Source: Elainellaceae cyanobacterium (lineage in GTDB: Bacteria; Cyanobacteriota; Cyanobacteriia; CAZCXK01). Taken from it: a DNA stretch of 64,000 nucleotides. Below the pieces are notes generated by a model. It was given only the letters and a program-made list of their open reading frames with translations, made no database searches and was not told the DNA's origin. Position numbers and translations under genes: made by a program. Below, piece by piece: positions 21,942 to 31,019 of the stretch (its first letter is position 1; each line of letters opens with the position of its first letter). The stretch is taken from contig JBNPEB010000063.1 in the NCBI GenBank assembly GCA_051117335.1, forward strand, positions 12,955 to 76,954. Reading direction: 5' to 3'.

Positions 21942-23276
21942 ATGACTCATCCTCATCAAACTGACCCGTCTTCCGATGATTCTCCGCAGATCAATCCATC
22001 GGCTGACCTCCAGACATCAGAGTCGCAGGATACGTCACTACGGCAGCGAGTCGCAGGCGTGTGGAACAGTGCCACGACCCGATTAACCAAGTTGCTTCCC
22101 GTTGATCGCGCCGCACGGACTGCTGTGCAGTGGTTTAGCATCGATGAAGAACAGGTCGCAGAAATTTTAGACCGCATTCGATCTGAGCTCCCGACGACAG
22201 AAGCCTTGCTGATTGGCAAGCCCCAGGCCGGAAAAAGCTCAATTGTGCGCGGATTGACGGGGGTATCTGCCGAAATTATCGGGCAGGGGTTTCGTCCCTA
22301 TACGCAGCACACCGAACGCTATGCCTACCCGTCTGACGATCTGCCCCTGCTGATCTTCACCGACACAGTCGGCTTAGGGGACGTTGATCGAAATACCCAA
22401 ACGATTATTCAAGAACTCGTCGACGATCTGAACATCGATCGGCAGCGCGCCCGCATCTTGATTTTGACGGTCAAAATCAATGATTTTGCAGTCGATACGC
22501 TACGCCAGGTCGCTCAGCAACTCCGCAACCAGTATCCCTCCATCCCGTGTTTACTAGCAGTGACCTGTTTGCATGAGGTGTATCCTCCCGATGCTGACGA
22601 CCATCCAGCGTACCCGCCTGACTATGAGGAGGTTAAGCGGGCGTTTACGGCTCTGCAAGACTCGTTTGCTGATTTGTGCGATCGCGCGGTGATGATTGAC
22701 TTCACCCTCGAAGAAGATGACTATACCCCCATATTTTATGGGCTAGATACCTTAAAAAATGCCCTCGCCAATCTTCTGCCCGAAGCCGAATCGCAGACAA
22801 TGCACCAATTGCTCGATCAGGGTGAAGCGGGTCGCCAACTAGGAAGCCTGTATCGAGACGTAGGGCGTCACTACATGACCGCCTTTTCTGTGATGGCGGC
22901 GACGCTGGCTGCGGTGCCATTGCCGTTTGCGACGATGCCTGTTTTGACCGCCTTACAAGTGTCGATGGTGGGGCTGCTCGGCAGGCTGTATGGGCAAACG
23001 CTGACGCCATCTCAGGCGGGGGGAGTCGTGAGTGCGATCGCCGGAGGGTTTTTGGCTCAAGCGGTCGGTCGAGAACTGATTAAATTTATTCCTGGATTTG
23101 GCAGCGTGATCGCAGCATCGTGGGCGGCTGCCTATACCTGGGCACTCGGAGAAGGTGCCTGCGTTTATTTTGGGGACCTCTTGGGTGGGAAAAAGCCTGA
23201 CCCTGACAAGATTCAGTCGGTCATGCAAGACGCCTTTAAGACCGCGAGAGAAAGATTTAAGGGAATTCGCCCCTAA
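21942..23276 (+). CDS. YcjF/DUF697-associated GTPase
   Basis: GKPQAGKSS P-loop, DTVGLG, C-terminal AVPLPFA..LQVSMV hydrophobic domain. Confidence 0.85.
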   Translation: MTHPHQTDPSSDDSPQINPSADLQTSESQDTSLRQRVAGVWNSATTRLTKLLPVDRAARTAVQWFSIDEEQVAEILDRIRSELPTTEALLIGKPQAGKSSIVRGLTGVSAEIIGQGFRPYTQHTERYAYPSDDLPLLIFTDTVGLGDVDRNTQTIIQELVDDLNIDRQRARILILTVKINDFAVDTLRQVAQQLRNQYPSIPCLLAVTCLHEVYPPDADDHPAYPPDYEEVKRAFTALQDSFADLCDRAVMIDFTLEEDDYTPIFYGLDTLKNALANLLPEAESQTMHQLLDQGEAGRQLGSLYRDVGRHYMTAFSVMAATLAAVPLPFATMPVLTALQVSMVGLLGRLYGQTLTPSQAGGVVSAIAGGFLAQAVGRELIKFIPGFGSVIAASWAAAYTWALGEGACVYFGDLLGGKKPDPDKIQSVMQDAFKTARERFKGIRP

Positions 23277-23343
23277 CGGCGATCGCGTTTATATTAAAAA
23301 ATGTGAATCTTTCTCATACGTCCGATGGGGCAAAGGAGCATCT

Positions 23344-24840
23344 GTGACTACTGATATTCGCCTGCAACGAGATAGTCTCACCGAACCTGATGGGCTGAAT
23401 CCTGCTGATGATTTGCCCTTCCAGTGGACAAAGCAGTGGTATCCGGTTGCAGTCATCGAATGCCTCGATCCGTCTCGCCCCCACCCCATCCAACTGCTCG
23501 GCAATGATCTGGTGATCTGGTGCGATCGCACGGGGCAGTGGCGCTGCTTTGCGGATGCCTGTCCCCATCGCTCGGCACCACTATCAGAGGGCCGGGTGGA
23601 AGCAGACGGCACGCTGCTCTGCGCCTATCACGGGTGGCGGTTTGCCCCAGACGGGGGCTGCGATCGCATTCCCCAAGCTCCAGATCCAGCCACCGAGGCC
23701 AAACACTGCGCCAATCCAAAGTCATGTGCGATCGCCTATCCGACTCAAGCCCGTCAGGGGTTGCTGTGGGTTTGGGCGGAACCGGGATCTGAAGCACAGG
23801 TCGAAAGCCAGCTCCGAGAGCCTCGCCTCATCCCAGAGCTTGAACAAGGCTCTGATCGCGTCGTGAAGATGTTTTGGAATATCCGCGACTTGCCCTACGG
23901 ATGGGACTTTTTCATGGAAAATGTGGCAGACCCTGCCCACGTCCCGGTTGCTCATCACGGCTTGGTGGGCGATCGCTACAACGACGCAAAGTACTACGAC
24001 ATGCCGCGCATTCGAGAGATGTCTACCCAAGACGGATGTGCATTTGGCGTCACTCCCACGGCTTCCACAATTCGAGAGGCTGTTCACGACTTTCAACCCC
24101 CCTGCCACATGCGAATTGCCACTACATTTGATGATGGTGGAATGCTGATTTTAGCCCTCTATGCCACGCCCACGCGCCCCGGATGGTGTCGCCACATCGG
24201 GTGTCAAGTTTTGGTTAAAAACGATACCGGAAAAACACCCAAAGGGCTGGCATTTTTTGCGCTTCCCATGCCAAGCTGGCTGGGGCATGTTCTGGCATCG
24301 CTGTTTCTCCACCAAGATTTAGTATTTCTCCATTATCAAGAAAAGATTGTAGCCAAACGGCATCCTCAACGGTGGCTTGATCAGGTGTATACGCCCAATC
24401 CGCAAGACAAAATGGTCATTGCCATTCGTCAGTGGTTAGAGAAACGAGCGGGCGGCGCCATTCCGTGGGCATCATCGAGTGACCTGCCGCCCCCCGAATA
24501 CGACAAGCAAAAACTCTTTGATGTCTGGGCAACTCATACCCAACACTGCCAGATCTGTCAGAATGCGCTCAAAACCATCACCCGCATGACTACCACCCTA
24601 TTTGCACTCGCAGTGGTGGGTCTGTTACTGGGCATTCTCATCGATGCGCAGTATGTGGCAACTCAGGCGGCGATCGCCACCCTCGATCATTTGCCCTTCT
24701 CATGGAGTACGGTCATGCCGCCAGCGGGGGTTTGGCTGGCATGGGGAGGCGCAGCGCTGTGTGCCGTGGGAGGCTATCTGCTCAAGCAATTTAGTCGGCT
24801 CTTTTACGTCTACGAGTTTGAACATGCTCATAATGATTAA
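23344..24840 (+). CDS. Rieske non-heme iron oxygenase (pheophorbide a oxygenase-like)
   Basis: CPHR...CAYHGW Rieske motif, ENVADPAHVPVAHH, HTQHCQIC, C-terminal TM helices; likely GTG start at 23344 after AAGGAG. Confidence 0.9.
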   Translation: MTTDIRLQRDSLTEPDGLNPADDLPFQWTKQWYPVAVIECLDPSRPHPIQLLGNDLVIWCDRTGQWRCFADACPHRSAPLSEGRVEADGTLLCAYHGWRFAPDGGCDRIPQAPDPATEAKHCANPKSCAIAYPTQARQGLLWVWAEPGSEAQVESQLREPRLIPELEQGSDRVVKMFWNIRDLPYGWDFFMENVADPAHVPVAHHGLVGDRYNDAKYYDMPRIREMSTQDGCAFGVTPTASTIREAVHDFQPPCHMRIATTFDDGGMLILALYATPTRPGWCRHIGCQVLVKNDTGKTPKGLAFFALPMPSWLGHVLASLFLHQDLVFLHYQEKIVAKRHPQRWLDQVYTPNPQDKMVIAIRQWLEKRAGGAIPWASSSDLPPPEYDKQKLFDVWATHTQHCQICQNALKTITRMTTTLFALAVVGLLLGILIDAQYVATQAAIATLDHLPFSWSTVMPPAGVWLAWGGAALCAVGGYLLKQFSRLFYVYEFEHAHND

Positions 24841-24857
24841 ATTCCACTCAATTCAAT

Positions 24858-25403
24858 TTAGGGAAATAGGTCAGCCTGATCTAAATAGCATCCAGATCGA
24901 TCCTTGTCGGAAAGAATAGGCGGCTCCGTGCAATGCCAATCAATCGCTAACGACGGTTCATTCCAGGCAATGCATCGTTCATGCTGCGGTGCGTAGTAGT
25001 CTGTCGTTTTATAGAGCACCTCTGCCACAGGGCTGAGGGTTAAAAACCCGTGGGCAAACCCTGGTGGAATCCAGAGCTGACGCCTATTGTCTGTATCTAA
25101 CATGCATCCGATCCACTGCTTAAAGGTTGGAGAACTTTTTCTTAAATCGACCGCCACATCAAAGACGGCTCCAGCAACAACCCGGATCAGCTTTCCTTGA
25201 ATGTTTTGAATTTGATAGTGCAAGCCCCTCAGCACATTTTGCGTTGAGCAGGAGTGATTATCTTGCACAAAATGAGCGTCAATCCCCGCCTTCTCGCTAA
25301 ATAGCTTCTCATTGTAGCTTTCATAAAAATAACCTCGACTATCTTGAAAGACCCGAGGTTCGAGAATTAACACATCTGGAATCGATGTCTCTATCACGTT
25401 CAT
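24858..25403 (-). CDS. rfbC: dTDP-4-dehydrorhamnose 3,5-epimerase
   Basis: DSRGYFYE, QDNHS, LRGLHYQ, PGFAHGF, LSDKD. Confidence 0.96.
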   Translation of the reverse strand: MNVIETSIPDVLILEPRVFQDSRGYFYESYNEKLFSEKAGIDAHFVQDNHSCSTQNVLRGLHYQIQNIQGKLIRVVAGAVFDVAVDLRKSSPTFKQWIGCMLDTDNRRQLWIPPGFAHGFLTLSPVAEVLYKTTDYYAPQHERCIAWNEPSLAIDWHCTEPPILSDKDRSGCYLDQADLFP

Positions 25404-25585
25404 GAGTTTCTCTCGTCAGACCAAAATTGCATCAGCTCAATTTCAGTAAATAGCACGATTTTATTCTTGACAAGATGGTGATCGGATTAATCAACGAAAA
25501 ATCTCCGCCAAATGACTCATCAAGCTATCAACAAAATAGGGCATTTTTGAATAGGCAGTAGCAGAAAGTCCAGGCAATGATTTAA

Positions 25586-25681
25586 CTATAGCCATGTGCG
25601 CGTCAAGTACAGAAACGGTGGTGTGGGGCGCGCCGTGCCCCACACCACCGTACTTACCTCAAGCGCATACCGCCGCTATAT
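25586..25681. repeat. REP/MITE-like palindromic element
   Basis: tatagc...gctata ends; internal hairpin acggtggtgtggggc..gccccacaccaccgt. Confidence 0.6.
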
Positions 25682-25813
25682 AGGAATCCTGGGATATGAG
25701 CAGTGGAGCGAATGAGGCCCTCCCCACTGCTCATACACAATTCACAAGCGATTTAGGATCGCTATACTTCTGTAGGCTGCATCACGATTTGAGTCACGAT
25801 TTGAATCAAGAAA

Positions 25814-26119
25814 ATGGGAATGAGGATCATGGCATTAAACTCTGATGTAATGGATGGGGATGAGGTGTTACATAACATTGATCCACATATTTCCGAAATT
25901 CTGAATTTACCGCCAACTATTAAGGTTTCAGAACTACTTGAGGCGATCGCCTACGAAATATTTTCATCGAATCACTCCCTCAACGGGACTTCATGCGAAG
26001 CATTGAGATACCATCAAGACCAATGGCAACGCGGGACACTTCGCCTGTGTATCCAGTTTTGTCCCGATCCGTGCAATCTACCATTTGATGAAGTTCAGGG
26101 ACCACTCAATAGTGATTGA
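25814..26119 (+). CDS. KGK-domain-like cyanobacterial protein
   Basis: CEALR...WQRGTLRLCIQFCPD resembles the W-KGK-R...FCPD motif. Confidence 0.7.
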   Translation: MGMRIMALNSDVMDGDEVLHNIDPHISEILNLPPTIKVSELLEAIAYEIFSSNHSLNGTSCEALRYHQDQWQRGTLRLCIQFCPDPCNLPFDEVQGPLNSD

Positions 26120-26203
26120 CCAAGGCACCTACACAATTGGCAGAATTGGCAGCGCTGATTGCTCTAACTGATTGCTAAACCTACTGCCCGTGGATGAGCC
26201 TGG

Positions 26204-26719
26204 TTATGAGCATTCATCTTGCAGGTCTGCTGCATATGAACATGATGTAGGGGCGATCGCGCGATTATAGCCCAGTTCAATATCCCACTCAGTCGTTTGC
26301 TGATTATACGTTGCAAACACCTGGGCTTCTCGGGTATAGGCAGTAGTTGCACGCGGACGTAATCGGAACGTAAACGTATACTGACTTACTCGTCCATCAT
26401 CATTAATGACGTGGGGTGATTCGGCAGACGGACCATGCATCGATGGTTCAGCTTCAATCAGACTGACGCCACCATTCTCCCGCTCTGCAAGCTGGCGAGC
26501 AAAATTCTTTGCCTGGTTCAACCGGTTTGACTGCTCAAACAAACATTCAAATCGAGCACTGACAGTAGGCGATGCTTCGCAGAGCGCGGTAATATCGTCT
26601 ACTTGACTCATTAAAATCGGTTCTTGAGCCGTAGCAGACCTGTGAACCATGCTGGATAGTAATAGCGTAACTGTGAGCGAACATAGAGGCCCCATGGCGA
26701 TCGCTTGAATCCTTCTCAT
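26204..26719 (-). CDS. Hypothetical secreted protein
   Basis: Signal-peptide-like N-terminus ending ATA-Q; paired Cys residues. Confidence 0.65.
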   Translation of the reverse strand: MRRIQAIAMGPLCSLTVTLLLSSMVHRSATAQEPILMSQVDDITALCEASPTVSARFECLFEQSNRLNQAKNFARQLAERENGGVSLIEAEPSMHGPSAESPHVINDDGRVSQYTFTFRLRPRATTAYTREAQVFATYNQQTTEWDIELGYNRAIAPTSCSYAADLQDECS

Positions 26720-26859
26720 ATCGAAGTCCTTTCAATGGTGAGTGATTAACTCTATAGGATACGCGAGACACAGTTAATGACTAAACTAAACCCAATTAAG
26801 TTCACAAAAAATTGGTAGTCTGATCTTCCCAAACTGCACCAAGTCAAAGTCCAATAATG

Positions 26860-28230
26860 CTAGGCACCAAATCCTGATTTTTGTCTACCTTTACTTGCCT
26901 TTGCTTTACTTTTAGACTTGTTTTTATTCACGTTCAGCAGCGCATCTTGGAATAAGGTGTGCAAGTGTAGAGGAGCGCTAGCAATTTCAGGCAGTTCAGG
27001 CTCTAAGCGTTTTCCAAATGATTCTAATGCCGAGTCTAAATCCTTGGCTAAATCAAAGTCTGGGCAATTTAACACTCGCCGCAAGCTTGTTTCTAGCTGA
27101 CCAGGGTATTGCTGAGCAAGATGGCGCCACACATGAGGATTAATGGCATCATTTTCTAGATAGCGCTTTACAAGCGCATCTAAGGCTTCAGTCTCTGGAT
27201 TGTCCGTCGATTCGCTTGCTGATTCTAACAACGTTGTCAGTTGACGATAGTCGGTAAGGAAGCTTTGTCCCCATCGAGGATGAACAATGACCGTGACTTC
27301 GGGCGCCTTTCGTAAGATTTCTGGCAGATCGACTTTAGGCATAACCATCTTGATCGATTTTGGGCTATCAAATAGCTGGCTGACAGTTGAATCGTTTGCG
27401 CCTAACTCTGCTGCGGTTTCTGTAACGTCAGTTTGAGACACACCCGCTTCCTTAGCAATCTCGCTTAACGGTTTAGAGCTGTCAATGCCAGAATCTTCTA
27501 ACCGACGTTGAGCGACCTGATCTTGAAACTCTTTCAGCTTTTTGTCGAGCTGATGCCCTGGCAAAGTTACTTCATCGGTATCAAAAAAGTCAATAAATTC
27601 TTGATGGTAGCGTTCTACCGATCGCCAAGATTCTTCCAAAAGCTCTGGCGCATCTCCATAGAGATGTTGCTTGAATCGATTTTTGAAATTGCCGATCGCC
27701 ACTGCTAGTTTAGGTTTCCCTAATTTCCCCAGCAATTGGATGGGGCCTGACCATATCCAATCGTTGTCGGTGAGAGGGGAGATACGCGCTACGACAATTT
27801 CTCCAGGGCTCAGTCGGGCTAGCTTAGCTTGATCTTGCAACCCGTTGAGCCTGATTACATATCGCTTTTCGGTCAACCAGTTAATGCACTCAAAGCCATC
27901 AGGCAACACCTCAATGACTTCGAATAACCCATTGAAGCTGCGATTCCAACTAGTCAGTAGGTAGCGATCGCCCTCCGAAAGGTCTTGATTACTATTAAGA
28001 AATACATCAATGGGTGTCTGACCTTTGATATCTCCTTCAGTCAGAAACATGTCGATCACTAAGGCGTTTTGACTGGCATCTTGATAATTGACGCTGGACC
28101 AATGTGTCAATTGCTCGGCACTAAATTTCTCCAGTGCGATCGCCACATCATCGTCAGCCTCTAACACAAAATCAAGTAATGTTTGCTTCAGCCTCTTAGA
28201 ACTTACACAGATATCAGTAGAATCGTTCAT
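26860..28230 (-). CDS. Hypothetical protein
   Basis: 456-aa ORF with a basic ...KSGFG tail; no motif recognised. Confidence 0.7.
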   Translation of the reverse strand: MNDSTDICVSSKRLKQTLLDFVLEADDDVAIALEKFSAEQLTHWSSVNYQDASQNALVIDMFLTEGDIKGQTPIDVFLNSNQDLSEGDRYLLTSWNRSFNGLFEVIEVLPDGFECINWLTEKRYVIRLNGLQDQAKLARLSPGEIVVARISPLTDNDWIWSGPIQLLGKLGKPKLAVAIGNFKNRFKQHLYGDAPELLEESWRSVERYHQEFIDFFDTDEVTLPGHQLDKKLKEFQDQVAQRRLEDSGIDSSKPLSEIAKEAGVSQTDVTETAAELGANDSTVSQLFDSPKSIKMVMPKVDLPEILRKAPEVTVIVHPRWGQSFLTDYRQLTTLLESASESTDNPETEALDALVKRYLENDAINPHVWRHLAQQYPGQLETSLRRVLNCPDFDLAKDLDSALESFGKRLEPELPEIASAPLHLHTLFQDALLNVNKNKSKSKAKASKGRQKSGFGA

Positions 28231-28434
28231 TTAGATCAGCTTCTATTACAACTCGTAACACTTTCGCCTAAAAATACTCAAGCTTGTAGCGTCTACCATT
28301 TAAGTAGATACTACAAGCTTATGGCGTTAGAAATTCTAAACTCTGATTCGCTTTGCACAAGAGACTTTGCTAATCAAACTAAGTTCAACAGAATATTGAC
28401 TTTAGGGTATTGACCTCGCAACCTATCACATGCA

Positions 28435-28707
28435 TTATGCAGCACTGCGGCTAGCAACGGCGTAGTAGATAAACAGTGCAATAATCGCGCCAATGACTGC
28501 CAGAATAATACCGCCAATGCTCAAACCCGATGCCGTGAGCGCCAATGTCCCCGTCGTGATGAGGTTGTAGAGAATACCCCCTACAAAAGCACCAACGATA
28601 CCTAGCAACAGCGTACCTAAAATGCCGCCACCCTGATGTCCAGGATAGATGGCTTTGGCGATCGCTCCTGCAATCAGACCTAACACGATCCAAGCTAAGA
28701 TATTCAT
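28435..28707 (-). CDS. GlsB/YeaQ/YmgE stress-response membrane protein
   Basis: MNILAWIVLGLIAGAIAK...LLGIVGAFVGG...AVIGAII. Confidence 0.92.
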   Translation of the reverse strand: MNILAWIVLGLIAGAIAKAIYPGHQGGGILGTLLLGIVGAFVGGILYNLITTGTLALTASGLSIGGIILAVIGAIIALFIYYAVASRSAA

Positions 28708-29153
28708 CTAAGTTCTCCCAAAATCCAAAATAAAAGGACGTTTAATCCCTTATCCTTAGTGAATCAGATCAGCCTATTGGTTAACGACATCCTAAAGAGG
28801 CATTTTAGAGCTATGTTAGCTCGCTCCAAAGACGTACTAATGAGGTGTTAGCAAACGAAGTTAACAAATTTTGAGGAAACGTTTCAAAGAAATGTCGCGT
28901 TCCTCGCAACTTGCCTGATTTGGTCGTAGGCAATCAATCGTGCAATGTGTTCGGAATGTCGAACTTTGAGGCGATCGCCCTTAACGTTGAAACTCATGTT
29001 GGGTTGCAGCCCAGTTTTGTATGTGTAGCCCCGCTCGCGAGCAAGATGCCCGCACTACAAACATTGATAAATTTGCAAATGTTGGGATGCTCCCCCTGAT
29101 GTTTGGCGATCGCATCTTTGAATCTATGGCGTTAGCATCCTTGAATCTATAGG

Positions 29154-29185
29154 TCTAATAGGATGAGCAACCCTATTTTTCGCAA
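29154..29185 (-). promoter_or_regulatory. Degenerate copy of the TTGCGAAA promoter-like motif (second box altered)
   Basis: TTGCGAAA plus an 18-nt spacer identical to the 50604-50635 copy, but ATTAGA in place of ATAGCT. Confidence 0.5.
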
Positions 29186-29214
29186 AATCTAGGAAAAAGA
29201 AATCTTGCACCATT

Positions 29215-29246
29215 TTGCGAAAATGGTCATTCTGATTCACATAACT
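29215..29246 (+). promoter_or_regulatory. Putative alternative-sigma promoter upstream of the sigma-like gene
   Basis: TTGCGAAA(29215-22)-N18-ATAACT(29241-46). Confidence 0.65.
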
Positions 29247-29342
29247 GTTTAATGCTGATGGAGGCAACGGCTAATCCCATTACTCCACTCGCAGAGACGA
29301 CATGTGGCATCCAATGCCCCCGCCACTTAGGTCAATCAAACT

Positions 29343-29999
29343 ATGAGTGCATTAAACGACACCTTGAAACAACTGGTTGCGGATGCTTGCACCCATCCCC
29401 CCCGGAGCGTGGAGCGGCAGCAGTGCATCCAGGACATTTATCGACTGGTGATGCGGTCAAGGAAACTATGGAATGAAAACACTCCTTATTATGGAGATGC
29501 CTTTCAAGAAGCTTGGGAGTATTGCTGCCACCATTTAGACGAGTATGACCCGACGCTCAGCGCCGTCACCACCTGGATTGACAATCGATTGAAATGGACG
29601 CTGAAGAAATGGCGCGATCGCCAAATTCGTGCTCAAAATCGAATCGCCAATCCTGTGTCAACAGAGGATGGCACGACGCTCACCCCACTCGATACCCTGG
29701 CATCCAATCCTGGTATTGATCGAGCCGAGCAGATCTGGCAACACACGCTCAACTGGGTGCAAACCGATCCAGAGGGCAAGCTACAAACAACCTGTTTCCG
29801 TAAGCGTCCAGACATCAACGCTCAAGTGCTGTTTCTCAAACGCTTTCCATCTGAAACACCCTGGCAGGATATCGCCCATGAGTTTGATCTCAATGCAGCA
29901 GAAGCGAAAGACCTGCCCAAATTCTACAATCGCAATTGTCTGCCCCTCCTGCGAGAGTTTGGCATTGCCCAAGGATACTTAGAAGAAAACCAAAAATAA
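29343..29999 (+). CDS. Sigma-70-family-like factor (module 1)
   Basis: Region-2-like DAFQEAWEY...YDPTLSAVTTWID and C-terminal HTH-like PWQDIAHEF; precedes DUF1822. Confidence 0.72.
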   Translation: MSALNDTLKQLVADACTHPPRSVERQQCIQDIYRLVMRSRKLWNENTPYYGDAFQEAWEYCCHHLDEYDPTLSAVTTWIDNRLKWTLKKWRDRQIRAQNRIANPVSTEDGTTLTPLDTLASNPGIDRAEQIWQHTLNWVQTDPEGKLQTTCFRKRPDINAQVLFLKRFPSETPWQDIAHEFDLNAAEAKDLPKFYNRNCLPLLREFGIAQGYLEENQK

Positions 30000-30024
30000 G
30001 ATTCCATTCAACACGGTAGCGATT

Positions 30025-30996
30025 ATGATTGACCCAATTCGAGCAGAGGAGGTAGCGGTGCCCGTCTTTATCACCCAAGAGGCGCGACAACTCGCTCAGC
30101 AATTTGCCCAGCAGCAGCCCAATGAGAACCGGGCACAGCAGGTGTGCCTAAATACACTAGCCGTTTGTGCAGTGAATAATTACTTGAAGATTCTTGGCAT
30201 TCCGTCTGATCCATCCAACTGTGATAGCTGGAATGCGTTGATGCGAATGACTACCAATGTGGCTGATTTAGAGGTGGTTGGACAGGGACGAATTGAGTGT
30301 CGCCCTGTGTCTCCATCAGAGCAGAATGCATCAGTGTGCTATATCCCCACCGAAGCACAGGACGATCGCATTGCCTATGTAGTGGTGCAGGTTGAGGCAG
30401 ATCAGCCAAACGCTCTAATTCTCGGCTTTGCAGCTCAGGTCGAAGGTGAAGTACTGCCATTGAACCAGCTTCGTCCGATGGAAGAACTCCCTCTATATCT
30501 TGGCCAGTATAAGGCTCGAACTGTTACCAATCGCATGACTCAGTTCACTCAATGGATGCACGGTCAGGTTGAAGCGAGTTGGCGATCGCTCGATGACTTA
30601 TTGGGGACACCGTCATTGAACTATCAGTGGCGAAGTACGCGGTCGGCTGAGACAGACTCAGTTGTGCCAGCCTTATCGCGGATTACACGCGGCAAATTCT
30701 TAGAGCTACCTACCCATCAAGGAATTGAAACGATTCTACTGATTGCAGAGCTGATGCCTAAGTCAACCACAGAAGTAGACATTGCCTTAAAAATAGTACC
30801 CCCAACTAAGCAAGTGTTTTTGCCAACGGGATTGGAAATGGCTGTTTTAGATGCAGTCGGTCAACCCGTAATGCACGCCCAAGCACGAGATGAAAACCGC
30901 ATGATTGAGCTAGACTTTCATGCCGAACCGGGCGATCGCTTCTCGTTGCGAATCAAGCTGAGAGATGTGACCCTGGATGAATCATTTGTGGTGTAA
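30025..30996 (+). CDS. DUF1822 family protein (module 1)
   Basis: A..FA..Q...QVCLNTLAVCAVNNYL...ADLEV..GRIECRPV...DRIAYVVV; C-terminal beta-rich domain (GDRFSL). Confidence 0.85.
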   Translation: MIDPIRAEEVAVPVFITQEARQLAQQFAQQQPNENRAQQVCLNTLAVCAVNNYLKILGIPSDPSNCDSWNALMRMTTNVADLEVVGQGRIECRPVSPSEQNASVCYIPTEAQDDRIAYVVVQVEADQPNALILGFAAQVEGEVLPLNQLRPMEELPLYLGQYKARTVTNRMTQFTQWMHGQVEASWRSLDDLLGTPSLNYQWRSTRSAETDSVVPALSRITRGKFLELPTHQGIETILLIAELMPKSTTEVDIALKIVPPTKQVFLPTGLEMAVLDAVGQPVMHAQARDENRMIELDFHAEPGDRFSLRIKLRDVTLDESFVV

Positions 30997-31019
30997 ACGC
31001 AACGAATTAACAAAAGCCC

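Noticed and set aside
28911-29099. 62-aa ORF upstream of the sigma-like gene
   Set aside because: Spans an inserted repeat and duplicated leader DNA; no coding features
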